Positions 1-9,186 of a stretch of DNA of 64,000 bases are shown here, one piece after another. Position numbers and translations under genes: made by a program. A model generated the notes under the pieces. That model saw only the letters and a program-made list of their open reading frames with translations. It did not search any database and was not told where the DNA came from. The stretch covers positions 508-64,507 of the forward strand of contig JAFLTF010000004.1 of NCBI GenBank assembly GCA_022510585.1. Direction: 5' to 3'. This DNA comes from Lachnospiraceae bacterium (GTDB lineage Bacteria > Bacillota > Clostridia > Lachnospirales > Lachnospiraceae). Numbering within the stretch: the first letter of the stretch is position 1; each line of letters opens with the position of its first letter.

Positions 1-337
1 TGTCAAGCTGTGCAAAGCCGCTTTGTAAGATCTTCATCTTCTGTTCAAAGAATGCATTATCCGCTTTGATCCTATCCTGATCCATGGAAATCTTACGATT
101 GATCGATTTCACTTCATGCTGAAACTGTTCCTTTTCCTGCTGAAACTGTTCCTGCATCTGCTCTAACTCCTGTGACGCGGAGATGATCCTTACATTTTCC
201 TTAAAAAGCCAGGTTTTTAATTTATTCAGTTCCTCTTCGGAGCCCTGTGCTATCATTTCTTCTACACTAATTTCCTGCGCTATCGTTTCTTCTACACTGT
301 TCTCCACCACTAACGTCTCTTCTACTCTGTTTTCCAT
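1..337 (-). CDS. Hypothetical coiled-coil protein, 5' part (runs off the window edge)
   Basis: Not in ORF track. Translated manually from ATG at 337: MENRVEETLVVENSVEETIAQEISVEEMIAQGSEEELNKLKTWLFKENVRII...EQKMKILQSGFAQLD, open to position 1; Q/E-rich helical pattern. Confidence 0.7.
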   Translation of the reverse strand, partial: MENRVEETLVVENSVEETIAQEISVEEMIAQGSEEELNKLKTWLFKENVRIISASQELEQMQEQFQQEKEQFQHEVKSINRKISMDQDRIKADNAFFEQKMKILQSGFAQLD

Positions 338-352
338 CACTTCTACCACAAC

Positions 353-493
353 TCAATTACAACAAAAAAAATTATATCCAACTAACAGTAACAAAATAAT
401 CAAAATCAGTCCCACAAACCGATTTGTCATAAAAAGCATAACCAGCATTCCTATTGCAATGCAAAGCGCCACAAGGCCAATCAGTTTTTTCAT
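353..493 (-). CDS. Small (46 aa) two-helix membrane protein
   Basis: Below ORF-track cutoff. Manual translation MKKLIGLVALCIAIGMLVMLFMTNRFVGLILIILLLLVGYNFFCCN*; fills the gap between co-oriented genes. Confidence 0.7.
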   Translation of the reverse strand: MKKLIGLVALCIAIGMLVMLFMTNRFVGLILIILLLLVGYNFFCCN

Positions 494-583
494 ACCATAA
501 TTATGCCTTTTTCTATCTATCATATGCAAAAGGCATTCATTTGAGACTACCCAAACATCGTAGCAACGCCCATGCCTATCCCT

Positions 584-973
584 TTATTTTTCGTTGGGGA
601 ATGCAATATCCACCGCATCCTCGTCCGGTATCATATCTTCTTTAGGAGAAGTAAATTTATCTACGATATCGGGAATCATATCGATCACTTTTGTAATCGT
701 ATCCTGATTTTTGATATTCACAAGCTTGGTCGTGCCGTTTTTGATCACCAATACGGCGCTCGGACTCATTTTCGCAGAGAAACCGCCTCCGCCGCCATTT
801 TTCTTTTCAGCCGAACTTGCGCCCGCACCTACGCCGAAAGTCACATCCACCAGCGGCAAAATAATCGTATCACCGATCTGTGTCGCTTCACCAACCACCG
901 TCTTAGTTGATAAAACGGCATTCATTCCCTTCATCAAAGATTCGATTACGTTGGAAAAATTGTTATCTGCCAT
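584..973 (-). CDS. GerW/YtfJ family sporulation protein
   Basis: TKTVVGEA..GDTIILPLVDVTFGVGAG and GGGGGFSAKMSPSAVLVI motifs typical of YtfJ. Confidence 0.85.
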   Translation of the reverse strand: MADNNFSNVIESLMKGMNAVLSTKTVVGEATQIGDTIILPLVDVTFGVGAGASSAEKKNGGGGGFSAKMSPSAVLVIKNGTTKLVNIKNQDTITKVIDMIPDIVDKFTSPKEDMIPDEDAVDIAFPNEK

Positions 974-1939
974 TTATCTGTCCTCCTTATTAAATAGCTT
1001 GAGTAACGCTCTGATATCTTTACTGAAATAAATACGGATGGCCGCCTTGATTAAAGTAAATATCTTGACCTTGCCTTCGATTAAGAGCGAACCTTCCAAT
1101 CTTTTCTTATCAAAATCTCCTACAACATTAACATGATTTCCGACAATCGGATATAGTATTCCATAATAAGAAAGGATCTGACCTGTAGCGGCAGGATCAT
1201 CCATTCCTATGATCAGATCAGCTTCAAGTTTCCGCGGCTTGATATAAGCCAAAACAGAACCGAGCTCATCCTTACACAACGAATATGCCTGGTTAAAAGT
1301 ATCACTCTTTAGGACATCCAAGTAATACTCGAAATTTTCGAAGACTGATTTTATTCTATCACAGATTCTTTTTAATGTGTACCAAATATTTTGAAAGATC
1401 TCTTTTATTTTTATAATTTTTTCTTTTATTGACAATTTCGGAGGCTCATCCCGAACCTGCTCTTCTTCTCTGTCTGCCTCTGTATGATTCTTATTTTCGA
1501 CATTTTCACCGCTTTGTGATTTTTTTTCATCGGCTTTATTTTCGTAAGTTGTTGTATGGCTGTCCTCTGCAAACTTTTTTTCTTTCTCTACATTGCTCTT
1601 ATTTTTTTGCTTCGTCCCTGCCGCAACCTTTTCCTTTTTCGCCTTCTTCTCTTTCGGCGGGAATCTGTAAACCGTAAAGAATAGCACCCTTGCCTTTAAA
1701 TAGACTTCCGCGGGATAAAAGACTCTTACATTAATAAAATGAAGCAGCCATGTAATTCTTGCTTTGGCTTCGACGGGCGGATTGCCCTCTCCTTCGGTCC
1801 GCGTTGCCTCTATCCGATAATGCACAGGAACAAATAGGACAAGACCAATAGCCAAAAGAAGGACACCGACCAGTACGCCAAGTACAATTCCTATTATTTT
1901 TAAAATCAGCAATACTATATGTAACATCGCAATAATCAT
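974..1939 (-). CDS. DUF2953 (YtfI-like) membrane-anchored protein
   Basis: N-terminal TM helix, C-terminal GMDDPAATG motif, directly upstream of the ytfJ-like gene. Confidence 0.75.
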   Translation of the reverse strand: MIIAMLHIVLLILKIIGIVLGVLVGVLLLAIGLVLFVPVHYRIEATRTEGEGNPPVEAKARITWLLHFINVRVFYPAEVYLKARVLFFTVYRFPPKEKKAKKEKVAAGTKQKNKSNVEKEKKFAEDSHTTTYENKADEKKSQSGENVENKNHTEADREEEQVRDEPPKLSIKEKIIKIKEIFQNIWYTLKRICDRIKSVFENFEYYLDVLKSDTFNQAYSLCKDELGSVLAYIKPRKLEADLIIGMDDPAATGQILSYYGILYPIVGNHVNVVGDFDKKRLEGSLLIEGKVKIFTLIKAAIRIYFSKDIRALLKLFNKEDR

Positions 1940-1954
1940 GCCTTTCCTGTGGCT

Positions 1955-2269
1955 TTAAGTTTCAGGAAATAAATATCGTTTCAGATCAGCGTTTCCATTT
2001 TTTTCTACCGACTCTTCTGTGATCTTGCAGACCAGTTCAAGCGCTTCATCATAATTCCCTGCAATTCCGATAACATAGGGTGCATTTTCTTTCTTTTTAT
2101 AATAGGGTTGTCCAAGCAGCATGCTATGGCAGATTTCCAACTGATCATCACCCAGGGAAAGCATAATCACATAGATCTTTAGCTGTTTTGCATGATATCT
2201 TAACTTTCTTTTTACTTTACTCGGATTATCAATCGTAGTTCCGATATACAGATTTTTGTAAAATTTCAT
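1955..2269 (-). CDS. Conserved hypothetical protein
   Basis: Co-oriented ORF; start moved to ATG at 2269 (MKFYKNLY) behind a GAGGG RBS. Confidence 0.65.
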   Translation of the reverse strand: MKFYKNLYIGTTIDNPSKVKRKLRYHAKQLKIYVIMLSLGDDQLEICHSMLLGQPYYKKKENAPYVIGIAGNYDEALELVCKITEESVEKNGNADLKRYLFPET

Positions 2270-2328
2270 ATATCCCTCAATTGTATTGCTCACACCATTT
2301 TTATCGGCTCCCTACATTTTATCACATT

Positions 2329-4137
2329 TTATAAATTATGAACACCACAACATATAGGGGTTGTCGCCTTTTTTAACCAATTGCGCTCCTCTTCTTCCAA
2401 ATACGGACCTACTTTCTCATATACAGCCTTATGATAGTCATTCAGCCTTTTTATATCGATTTCGCTCATATACGATGCATCAATTCCATCTAAATCTATG
2501 GGAACAAAGGTCAGTGTATCAAAATACATGAATTGTCCGTCTTCATTCTTCTCTCCGTTTTTTGCCACGATCATATTTTCCGTACGGATGCCGTGGCTGC
2601 CTGCTTTATAGACGCCCGGTTCATTGGAAATCACCATGCCTTCTTCAATGACAGCTTCTTTCATGCCCTCGACATATCTCCAACGGATATTCTGCGGTCC
2701 TTCATGTACATTCAGCATATATCCGATGCCATGCCCTGTGCCGCATTTATAGTCTATGCCCATATTCCATAGCGGTTCCCTTGCAAGTATATCCAGATTT
2801 CTGCCGGTGCATCCGTACAGAAACTTTGCATCACTCAGCTGCAGCATACCGACCGCAACCGCCGTAAAATGCTTTTTCATTTCCGCGCTGATCTCACCCA
2901 GAACAATGGTTCTGGTTACATCAGTGGTGCCGCCTACATATTGACCGCCCGAGTCAACAAGAAACATCCCTTCCGCTTTCAACTCTTTATGCACAAATTC
3001 TGTGGCCTCATAGTGCATCATGGCGGCATTCTCCCCATAACCGGCAATCGTAGGAAAAGACAGATCCAAAAAACCGTCAAGCTTTCTGCGCAGGTCATCC
3101 ATATACATGGCTGCAGAATACTCTGTTATCGATGTTTTGCCGATGTTTTGCTTTAACCAGTATATAAACTTCGTTAAGGCGACGCAGTCCTGCAGACAGA
3201 CTTTTTCCATATGTTCCAGTTCCACTGGATTCTTTATGGCTTTCAGCTTTTCACTGGGATTGGGGCAGTTTTGTGTTTCTGCTTTGCTTTTTATGATACT
3301 GTACAACGAATAATTGATATTTTCTTCATCTAGTAAAACCGACCCTGATACTTCTTTCTCCAGGAAAGTCTCAATCTCCTCATAGGCTTTCAGCGTGATG
3401 CCACATTTTTTTGCATGCTGCAAAAGTTGATCACTGACAGCCTCTTTCCGGATAAAGAAATAACAGTCTGTCATTGTCAGATATCCATAAGATAATGCCA
3501 CAGGATTACATTCCACATCCGCGCCTCTGATATTGAAAAGCCACATCAGATCATCCAGTTTCGCAATCACATGCGCAGTACACTTGTTTTCCTGCATTTT
3601 ATTTCTGATTTTTGCAAGTTTATCACCAACACTTTCTCCGCAAAGTTCTTCTGATAAAACCGTAGCAGGAGCAACCGCCATGTCAGGTCGATTCGTCCAA
3701 ATACTTCCGGCGATATCCTGTTGATAACGGAAGGTAATCTTTTTACACGCCAGGGCTTTTTCCAGTTCTTTTCCGTAAGAAGCGCTAACAACTCTTCCGT
3801 CAAAACCGAGCACCATGCCTTCCTGCATATGTTTTTCCAGGTATTCCTTAATGGTCGGCACACCCTCCTCCTGCATCCGGAAAAGAGTGATTCCGCTTCC
3901 TGCAAGTTCTTTTTCTGCCTGCACAAAATAACGTCCATCTGTCCAGAGTCCTACCTGCGACTGACTGACCACCAATGTCCCGTTAGATCCTGTAAAACCG
4001 GAAAAATATTCCCTCACCTTAAAAAAATCGCTGACGTATTCCGAATTATGATAATCCGCTGTGGGAATCAAATAAAAATCGATTTTTTCTTCACGAAGCT
4101 TTTTCTGTAATTGTCCTATTCTGTCTTTTACTTCCAT
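2329..4137 (-). CDS. Xaa-Pro aminopeptidase (M24 family, aminopeptidase P)
   Basis: Creatinase-N region (DYHNSEY, WTDGRY), DSGGQY..GTTDVTRT, GTGHGIG..LNVHEGP, SNEPG, GIRTEN. Confidence 0.93.
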   Translation of the reverse strand: MEVKDRIGQLQKKLREEKIDFYLIPTADYHNSEYVSDFFKVREYFSGFTGSNGTLVVSQSQVGLWTDGRYFVQAEKELAGSGITLFRMQEEGVPTIKEYLEKHMQEGMVLGFDGRVVSASYGKELEKALACKKITFRYQQDIAGSIWTNRPDMAVAPATVLSEELCGESVGDKLAKIRNKMQENKCTAHVIAKLDDLMWLFNIRGADVECNPVALSYGYLTMTDCYFFIRKEAVSDQLLQHAKKCGITLKAYEEIETFLEKEVSGSVLLDEENINYSLYSIIKSKAETQNCPNPSEKLKAIKNPVELEHMEKVCLQDCVALTKFIYWLKQNIGKTSITEYSAAMYMDDLRRKLDGFLDLSFPTIAGYGENAAMMHYEATEFVHKELKAEGMFLVDSGGQYVGGTTDVTRTIVLGEISAEMKKHFTAVAVGMLQLSDAKFLYGCTGRNLDILAREPLWNMGIDYKCGTGHGIGYMLNVHEGPQNIRWRYVEGMKEAVIEEGMVISNEPGVYKAGSHGIRTENMIVAKNGEKNEDGQFMYFDTLTFVPIDLDGIDASYMSEIDIKRLNDYHKAVYEKVGPYLEEEERNWLKKATTPICCGVHNL

Positions 4138-4148
4138 GATCTGCTCCT

Positions 4149-4796
4149 TTATTCTTTCAATAATCCTACCGCTCTGGATGTTCCTATTCTGTCACAGCCT
4201 TCTGCCAGAAAGGCTTCTGTTTCTTCTATCGTGGTAATACCGCCCGCTGCTTTGATTTTTACATCCGGGCCGATATGCTTTTTAAATAATCGGATATCCT
4301 CTATCGCTGCACCGCTTTCGCCAAATCCCGTAGAAGTCTTGATATAATCTGCTTTTGCATTGGTCACGGCATGACACATGGCAATCTTTTCTTCTTCATT
4401 CAAATAACAGGTTTCGATGATGACTTTCAGAATATGACTGCCGCATGCGTTCTTCACAGCGCGGATCTCCTCTTCCACCTTATCGTATAAACCGCTTTTT
4501 ACATCCCCGATATTGACCACCATATCGATTTCATCTGCTCCGTCCTTAATTGCCTGAAGCGTTTCCGCCACTTTGACTTCCGTCACATGATATCCCAAAG
4601 GAAAGCCGATCACAGTACAGATCTTTAGCTTATCACCGTAAACATCATGTATTCTTTTGACATAAGAAGGCGGCACACAGACAGAGGCTGTCTGATAAGA
4701 TACCGCTTCCTCACATAAGGCTGCAATACTCTCCCATGTTGCAAAGGCTTTTAACTGGGTGTGATCTACATGGCATAATATTTCCTGTTTATTCAT
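4149..4796 (-). CDS. deoC: Deoxyribose-phosphate aldolase
   Basis: VDHTQLK, CTVIGFPLG, LKVIIET, IKTSTGF, IKAAGGI, RIGTS. Confidence 0.96.
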   Translation of the reverse strand: MNKQEILCHVDHTQLKAFATWESIAALCEEAVSYQTASVCVPPSYVKRIHDVYGDKLKICTVIGFPLGYHVTEVKVAETLQAIKDGADEIDMVVNIGDVKSGLYDKVEEEIRAVKNACGSHILKVIIETCYLNEEEKIAMCHAVTNAKADYIKTSTGFGESGAAIEDIRLFKKHIGPDVKIKAAGGITTIEETEAFLAEGCDRIGTSRAVGLLKE

Positions 4797-4996
4797 GATT
4801 CCTCCGTTTTCCTATTCAATCCATCTGTTTTTTTCTGTATTTTCTATTGTAATACCTTTTTTGCACCTTAGCAAGAAAAAGCCGAATATGTTAAAACTTT
4901 CTTAAATTTTTAAATTGTTTGTTTTTTAGCAAAAATTTATGTTATAATATAACGTGGCTATTATTTTGCCAACACACATGAAAGGAGGTCTATTTC

Positions 4997-6361
4997 ATGG
5001 ATCATAACAGCTATTCGGAAATCACACCGGAAATATTTCGTCTCGCTAATATGAGCAAAGAAGCCGGCATCATCGATACGGAATTATTCACCAAATATGA
5101 TGTCAAACGCGGGCTGCGCGATTTAAACGGGAAAGGTGTATTGGCAGGACTGACTAACATCTCCGATGTACGCGCAAATAAAATCGTAGATGGTGTACAG
5201 GTGCCTACTCATGGGCGTCTGTTTTACAGAGGATATGACGTTAAGGATCTTGTTAACGGTTTAGCAAAAGATAACAATTTCGGATATGAGGAAATTACAT
5301 ATTTATTACTTTTTGACAAACTCCCGGACAATGACGAACTTACTATGTTCAAGCAGCTTTTATCCGGATATCGTTCCCTGCCTACCAGTTTTGTGCGGGA
5401 TATTATTATGAAGGCCCCCAGCAACGATATGATGAATACATTGGCAAGGAGCGTGCTGACCTTATACTCTTATGATGACAGGGCAGACGATACTTCTCTC
5501 CCCAATGTACTCAGACAGTGTCTGCAGCTAATCAGCCTGTTTCCTTTGCTTACGATTTACGGTTATCAGGCGTACAGCCACTATCATGACGGAAAGAGTC
5601 TGTTTATCCATCAGCCAAGACCTGAATTATCTACGGCAGAGAATATTTTACATATCCTTCGTCCCGATAGTAACTACACGCCGTTAGAGGCTAAAATCTT
5701 AGATATTGCACTGATCCTCCATATGGAGCATGGCGGTGGTAATAACTCCACTTTCACAACCCATGTAGTCACTTCTTCTCTGACGGATACATACTCTGTC
5801 ATTGCTGCAGCCATCGGTTCTCTCAAAGGACCAAGACACGGCGGCGCTAATATCAAAGTCGTACAGATGTTTGAAGAGATGAAAAAGGCCATCACTGATT
5901 GGGAAGACGAAGAACAGGTCAGTGATTACCTTACAAAACTGCTGCACAAAGATGCTTTCGATCATGCCGGTCTCATCTACGGTGTAGGACATGCGGTATA
6001 TTCCAAGTCCGATCCGAGAGCAGTTATCTTTAAATCCTTTGTGGAACAATTATCCAAAGAAAAAGGATTGCAGGAGGAATTTGAACTCTACTCTCTTGTA
6101 GAACGTCTGGCACCGGAAGTCATCGCCAAAGAGCGGCAGATCTATAAAGGAGTCAGCATCAATGTAGATTTTTATTCCGGTTTTGTTTATCATATGTTAA
6201 ATCTTCCGATGGAGCTTTATACGCCGATCTTTGCCATTGCAAGGATTGCAGGATGGTCTGCCCACCGTATGGAAGAACTTGCCAACAACGGTAAGATCAT
6301 CCGTCCCGCATACAAGCCTATCTGCGAGGACAGAAAATATATTCCTATTGATAACAGATAA
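4997..6361 (+). CDS. gltA: Citrate/2-methylcitrate synthase
   Basis: LHMEHGGGNNSTFT, GPRHGGAN, GVGHAVY..DPRA, NVDFYSG, RIAGWSAH; strong RBS AAAGGAGG. Confidence 0.93.
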   Translation: MDHNSYSEITPEIFRLANMSKEAGIIDTELFTKYDVKRGLRDLNGKGVLAGLTNISDVRANKIVDGVQVPTHGRLFYRGYDVKDLVNGLAKDNNFGYEEITYLLLFDKLPDNDELTMFKQLLSGYRSLPTSFVRDIIMKAPSNDMMNTLARSVLTLYSYDDRADDTSLPNVLRQCLQLISLFPLLTIYGYQAYSHYHDGKSLFIHQPRPELSTAENILHILRPDSNYTPLEAKILDIALILHMEHGGGNNSTFTTHVVTSSLTDTYSVIAAAIGSLKGPRHGGANIKVVQMFEEMKKAITDWEDEEQVSDYLTKLLHKDAFDHAGLIYGVGHAVYSKSDPRAVIFKSFVEQLSKEKGLQEEFELYSLVERLAPEVIAKERQIYKGVSINVDFYSGFVYHMLNLPMELYTPIFAIARIAGWSAHRMEELANNGKIIRPAYKPICEDRKYIPIDNR

Positions 6362-6378
6362 ATGGCTGCTTTCAGCAG

Positions 6379-6417
6379 AAAAAGGACTCTCGGATGTAAT
6401 ATCCCGGAGTCCTTTTT
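6379..6417. terminator. Bidirectional intrinsic terminator between convergent genes
   Basis: AAAAAGGACTC-TCGGAT-gtaat-ATCCCG-GAGTCCTTTTT inverted repeat with A/T tracts on both sides. Confidence 0.8.
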
Positions 6418-6452
6418 GTATTCATTCTTTGAAAGATTTAACACTGCCTTCT

Positions 6453-6791
6453 TTATTTTGTATATTTTTTCAGTGCCCTATTGGTAACGACACCATATCC
6501 GACGATCGCTATGGCGAAAATACAACAGGTGATCACTGTGACGATCCCCGGTCCTGCCATATGCTCATTCACCAGATTCGCAATACTTGACAAAATAATG
6601 ATACATCCAAAAAACAAGAGTTTCCCATACAGATAGCGAATCAGACCCTCCTTATCACGGATGGCATTCTCGTCCATACTCTTACTGAGTACTACATTAC
6701 TGACGATTCGTCCCTTCAGTTTCATGACCAGTGCGGCATATACCAGATATCCACCACTCAGAATACATAAAATATCTATCAGATCATACAT
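6453..6791 (-). CDS. Hypothetical membrane protein (about 3 TM helices)
   Basis: Hydrophobic segments; RBS GGGAG; downstream of thrC. Confidence 0.7.
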   Translation of the reverse strand: MYDLIDILCILSGGYLVYAALVMKLKGRIVSNVVLSKSMDENAIRDKEGLIRYLYGKLLFFGCIIILSSIANLVNEHMAGPGIVTVITCCIFAIAIVGYGVVTNRALKKYTK

Positions 6792-6822
6792 AGTAAAAGG
6801 CTCCCACTATCTGCTCAAACCA

Positions 6823-8310
6823 TCAAAGCCCTAAGATTTCTTTTACGGTTTCCTTCATCTTACTCTTATCACAAATCGTATCATGTATCACCGGGGCAGA
6901 CCTGATTTCTTCAATAGCCTTTGGTACTTTCACATTTGCAAGCCCGGACAACTCATCCACCAACTCAAAATCCGACATACTGTCATATTTTGCATCAATT
7001 GCATTCATAACGCTTCTGGTAAACTTAAAAGGGCTTGCAGTCGAAGCAATGACAGTCTTCTTTCCGTCACCTGTCTCCGCTTTATATTTCTGGTAAACAG
7101 CGCTTGCTACCGCAGTATGAGTATCGATTATATAACCTGTTTTTTCATACAATTCTTTGATTCTGTCCGCTGTTTCCTGTTCATCGGCATAATTTCCATA
7201 AAAGTCAGCCAACTGTACTTTCATTTCTTCCGTGATATGATAGCTTCCTTCCCTGGTTAATGCTGCCATCAATTCTGCATTCTTCTTCGCATCATTTTCC
7301 GCGATCCGGTAAATAAGCCGTTCCAGATTGCTGGATATCAAAATATCCATGGAAGGAGAACTGGTCAACATAAAATCACGATTTCGATCATAACTTCCTG
7401 TTCTGAAGAAATCATACAATACTTTATTTTCATTGGAAGCACAGATGAGTTTATCAATCGGCACTCCCATATTTTTTGCATAAAAAGCAGCCAAAATATT
7501 ACCGAAGTTTCCTGTGGGAACAACAACATTGATGGTTTCCCCATCTTCTATCTTTCCTTCCTGCAATAATTTGACATAAGAATATACATAATATACGATC
7601 TGCGGGACCAGACGCCCGATATTTATCGAGTTCGCAGACGAAAAACAAAAACCCCGATCTTTCATTTCCTTTTCCAAATCTTTATCGGAAAAGATCTGTT
7701 TCACGCCGGTCTGTGCATCGTCAAAATTACCATGGATCCCAATGACATATGTATTGTTTCCTTTCTGCGTTACCATCTGTTTTTCCTGGATCGGGCTGAC
7801 ACCGTTTTTCGGATAGAAAACGATGATCTTCGTACCTTCCACATCTGCAAAACCTGCAAGAGCAGCTTTCCCTGTATCCCCCGATGTTGCCGTAAGGATA
7901 ACGATTTCATCTTCTACATGATTTTTTCTGGCAGAAGTAATCATCAAATGGGGCAGAATGGACAGAGCCATATCCTTAAAGGCAATCGTAGCCCCATGAA
8001 AAAGTTCCAGGTAATAAGCATGATCCGCTTCTACAAGCGGAGCGATCTCTTCCGTATCAAATTTGGAATCATAGGCTTTATTGATGCAGTCTTTCAATTC
8101 CTGCTCTGTAAAATCTGTCAGGAATAATTTCATGACTTCATATGCTATTTCCCGATATTCCATATCTGACAATTCCCTTAAAGATTTTTCAAGGGAAGGG
8201 ATATGATCTGGTACAAATAATCCTCCGTCTTCGGAAAGCCCTTTTAAAATCGCCTGCGATGCCTGTACGGTCTTACTGTCATCTCTTGTACTTTTATATA
8301 ACACTTCCAT
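6823..8310 (-). CDS. thrC: Threonine synthase
   Basis: YKSTR, GLSEDGGLFVP, LELFHGATIAFKDMAL (PLP lysine), ATSGDTG, NSINIGRL, PTGNFGN; start taken at ATG 8310. Confidence 0.95.
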   Translation of the reverse strand: MEVLYKSTRDDSKTVQASQAILKGLSEDGGLFVPDHIPSLEKSLRELSDMEYREIAYEVMKLFLTDFTEQELKDCINKAYDSKFDTEEIAPLVEADHAYYLELFHGATIAFKDMALSILPHLMITSARKNHVEDEIVILTATSGDTGKAALAGFADVEGTKIIVFYPKNGVSPIQEKQMVTQKGNNTYVIGIHGNFDDAQTGVKQIFSDKDLEKEMKDRGFCFSSANSINIGRLVPQIVYYVYSYVKLLQEGKIEDGETINVVVPTGNFGNILAAFYAKNMGVPIDKLICASNENKVLYDFFRTGSYDRNRDFMLTSSPSMDILISSNLERLIYRIAENDAKKNAELMAALTREGSYHITEEMKVQLADFYGNYADEQETADRIKELYEKTGYIIDTHTAVASAVYQKYKAETGDGKKTVIASTASPFKFTRSVMNAIDAKYDSMSDFELVDELSGLANVKVPKAIEEIRSAPVIHDTICDKSKMKETVKEILGL

Positions 8311-8405
8311 CTTTCTAACCAATTTCCCTTCTTACATTACGAAGCCACTACTTCTGCAAGAATTGCAGGGCAATTCTTGTAGCTCAGGCCTTCTGGCCTG
8401 AGCTT

Positions 8406-8434
8406 ATTATAGCATAAAGTATTTTTCGGTGCAA
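8406..8434 (-). promoter_or_regulatory. Sigma-A promoter of thrC
   Basis: Minus strand TTGCAC-17 nt-TATAAT with extended -10 TG. Confidence 0.7.
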
Positions 8435-8435
8435 C

Positions 8436-9056
8436 TTACACAAAAAACTCATGATTACCGTAGGAAAAGAGTTTGGTCAATTTTCGATCGAACCATTCCA
8501 GTTTCCCGGATTCTGCAGCGTTTCTTGCGCAGAAAAATAAAGCTCCCTGAGAGATATCCTCCCCATAAAGAGCTCTCTCTACTGCCTCATATGTCTCTTC
8601 ACTGATCTTTACATTCTGGAATCGTCCGTCCACTGTCGGAGTAAACTGTGCTACTCCTTGTCCTTTCTGCATGACCACTTCTGTTACCGTATCGGGAAAA
8701 CGCTCATTATTTACGCGGTTTAATACCACATTTGCCACAAGAAGTTTTCCGTAGGCATCCTCACCTCCTGCCTCTGCTTCCACGATCCTGAGAAGAGAAT
8801 CATAATCCTGGTCGGATATCTGATACTTCATTTCCTGTTCCAGTATCTCATAATCTACTACCCGCTGTCCGGAAGATACGCAGGCCACCACCTCCAGAAA
8901 GCTTTTTCTATCTTCCTCCATTGTTGCTCCCAGATACTCCATACGAAATGCCTGTGTGGCAGCGATCCGATTGATCTTAAGTTCTTTCACACAGATCCAT
9001 GACGAAAACAAAGTCAGGTTTATCAATAGTAAGATCAATAAATATTTCTTATACAT
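8436..9056 (-). CDS. Cell wall hydrolase (Hydrolase_2, SleB/CwlJ-like)
   Basis: LLRIVEAEAGGE..GKLLVANVVLNRV..FPDTVTEVVMQ..QFTP..GALFF..YGNHEF; N-terminal hydrophobic segment. Confidence 0.9.
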   Translation of the reverse strand: MYKKYLLILLLINLTLFSSWICVKELKINRIAATQAFRMEYLGATMEEDRKSFLEVVACVSSGQRVVDYEILEQEMKYQISDQDYDSLLRIVEAEAGGEDAYGKLLVANVVLNRVNNERFPDTVTEVVMQKGQGVAQFTPTVDGRFQNVKISEETYEAVERALYGEDISQGALFFCARNAAESGKLEWFDRKLTKLFSYGNHEFFV

Positions 9057-9186
9057 AATAATCTATTTTCTCCATTCAAAACATGTCCTTTTGTAACACT
9101 CTTGTAATATTTTATACAGGAATCCGGAAAAATATGTTATACTTATGTCAATATCAAGAAATATTTCTAAAGATTGGAGTTTTGTG

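Noticed and set aside
245-330. Short 30-nt repeats (SVEETIAQEI / SVEEMIAQGS) at the start of the first gene
   Set aside because: Only two to three degenerate in-frame copies; minor N-terminal duplication without evident significance
183-500. 105-aa plus-strand Ser/Thr-rich ORF
   Set aside because: Antisense to two more plausible minus-strand genes
8311-8435. T-box leader for thrC
   Set aside because: Region is too short and lacks the AGGGTGGNACCGCG T-box motif
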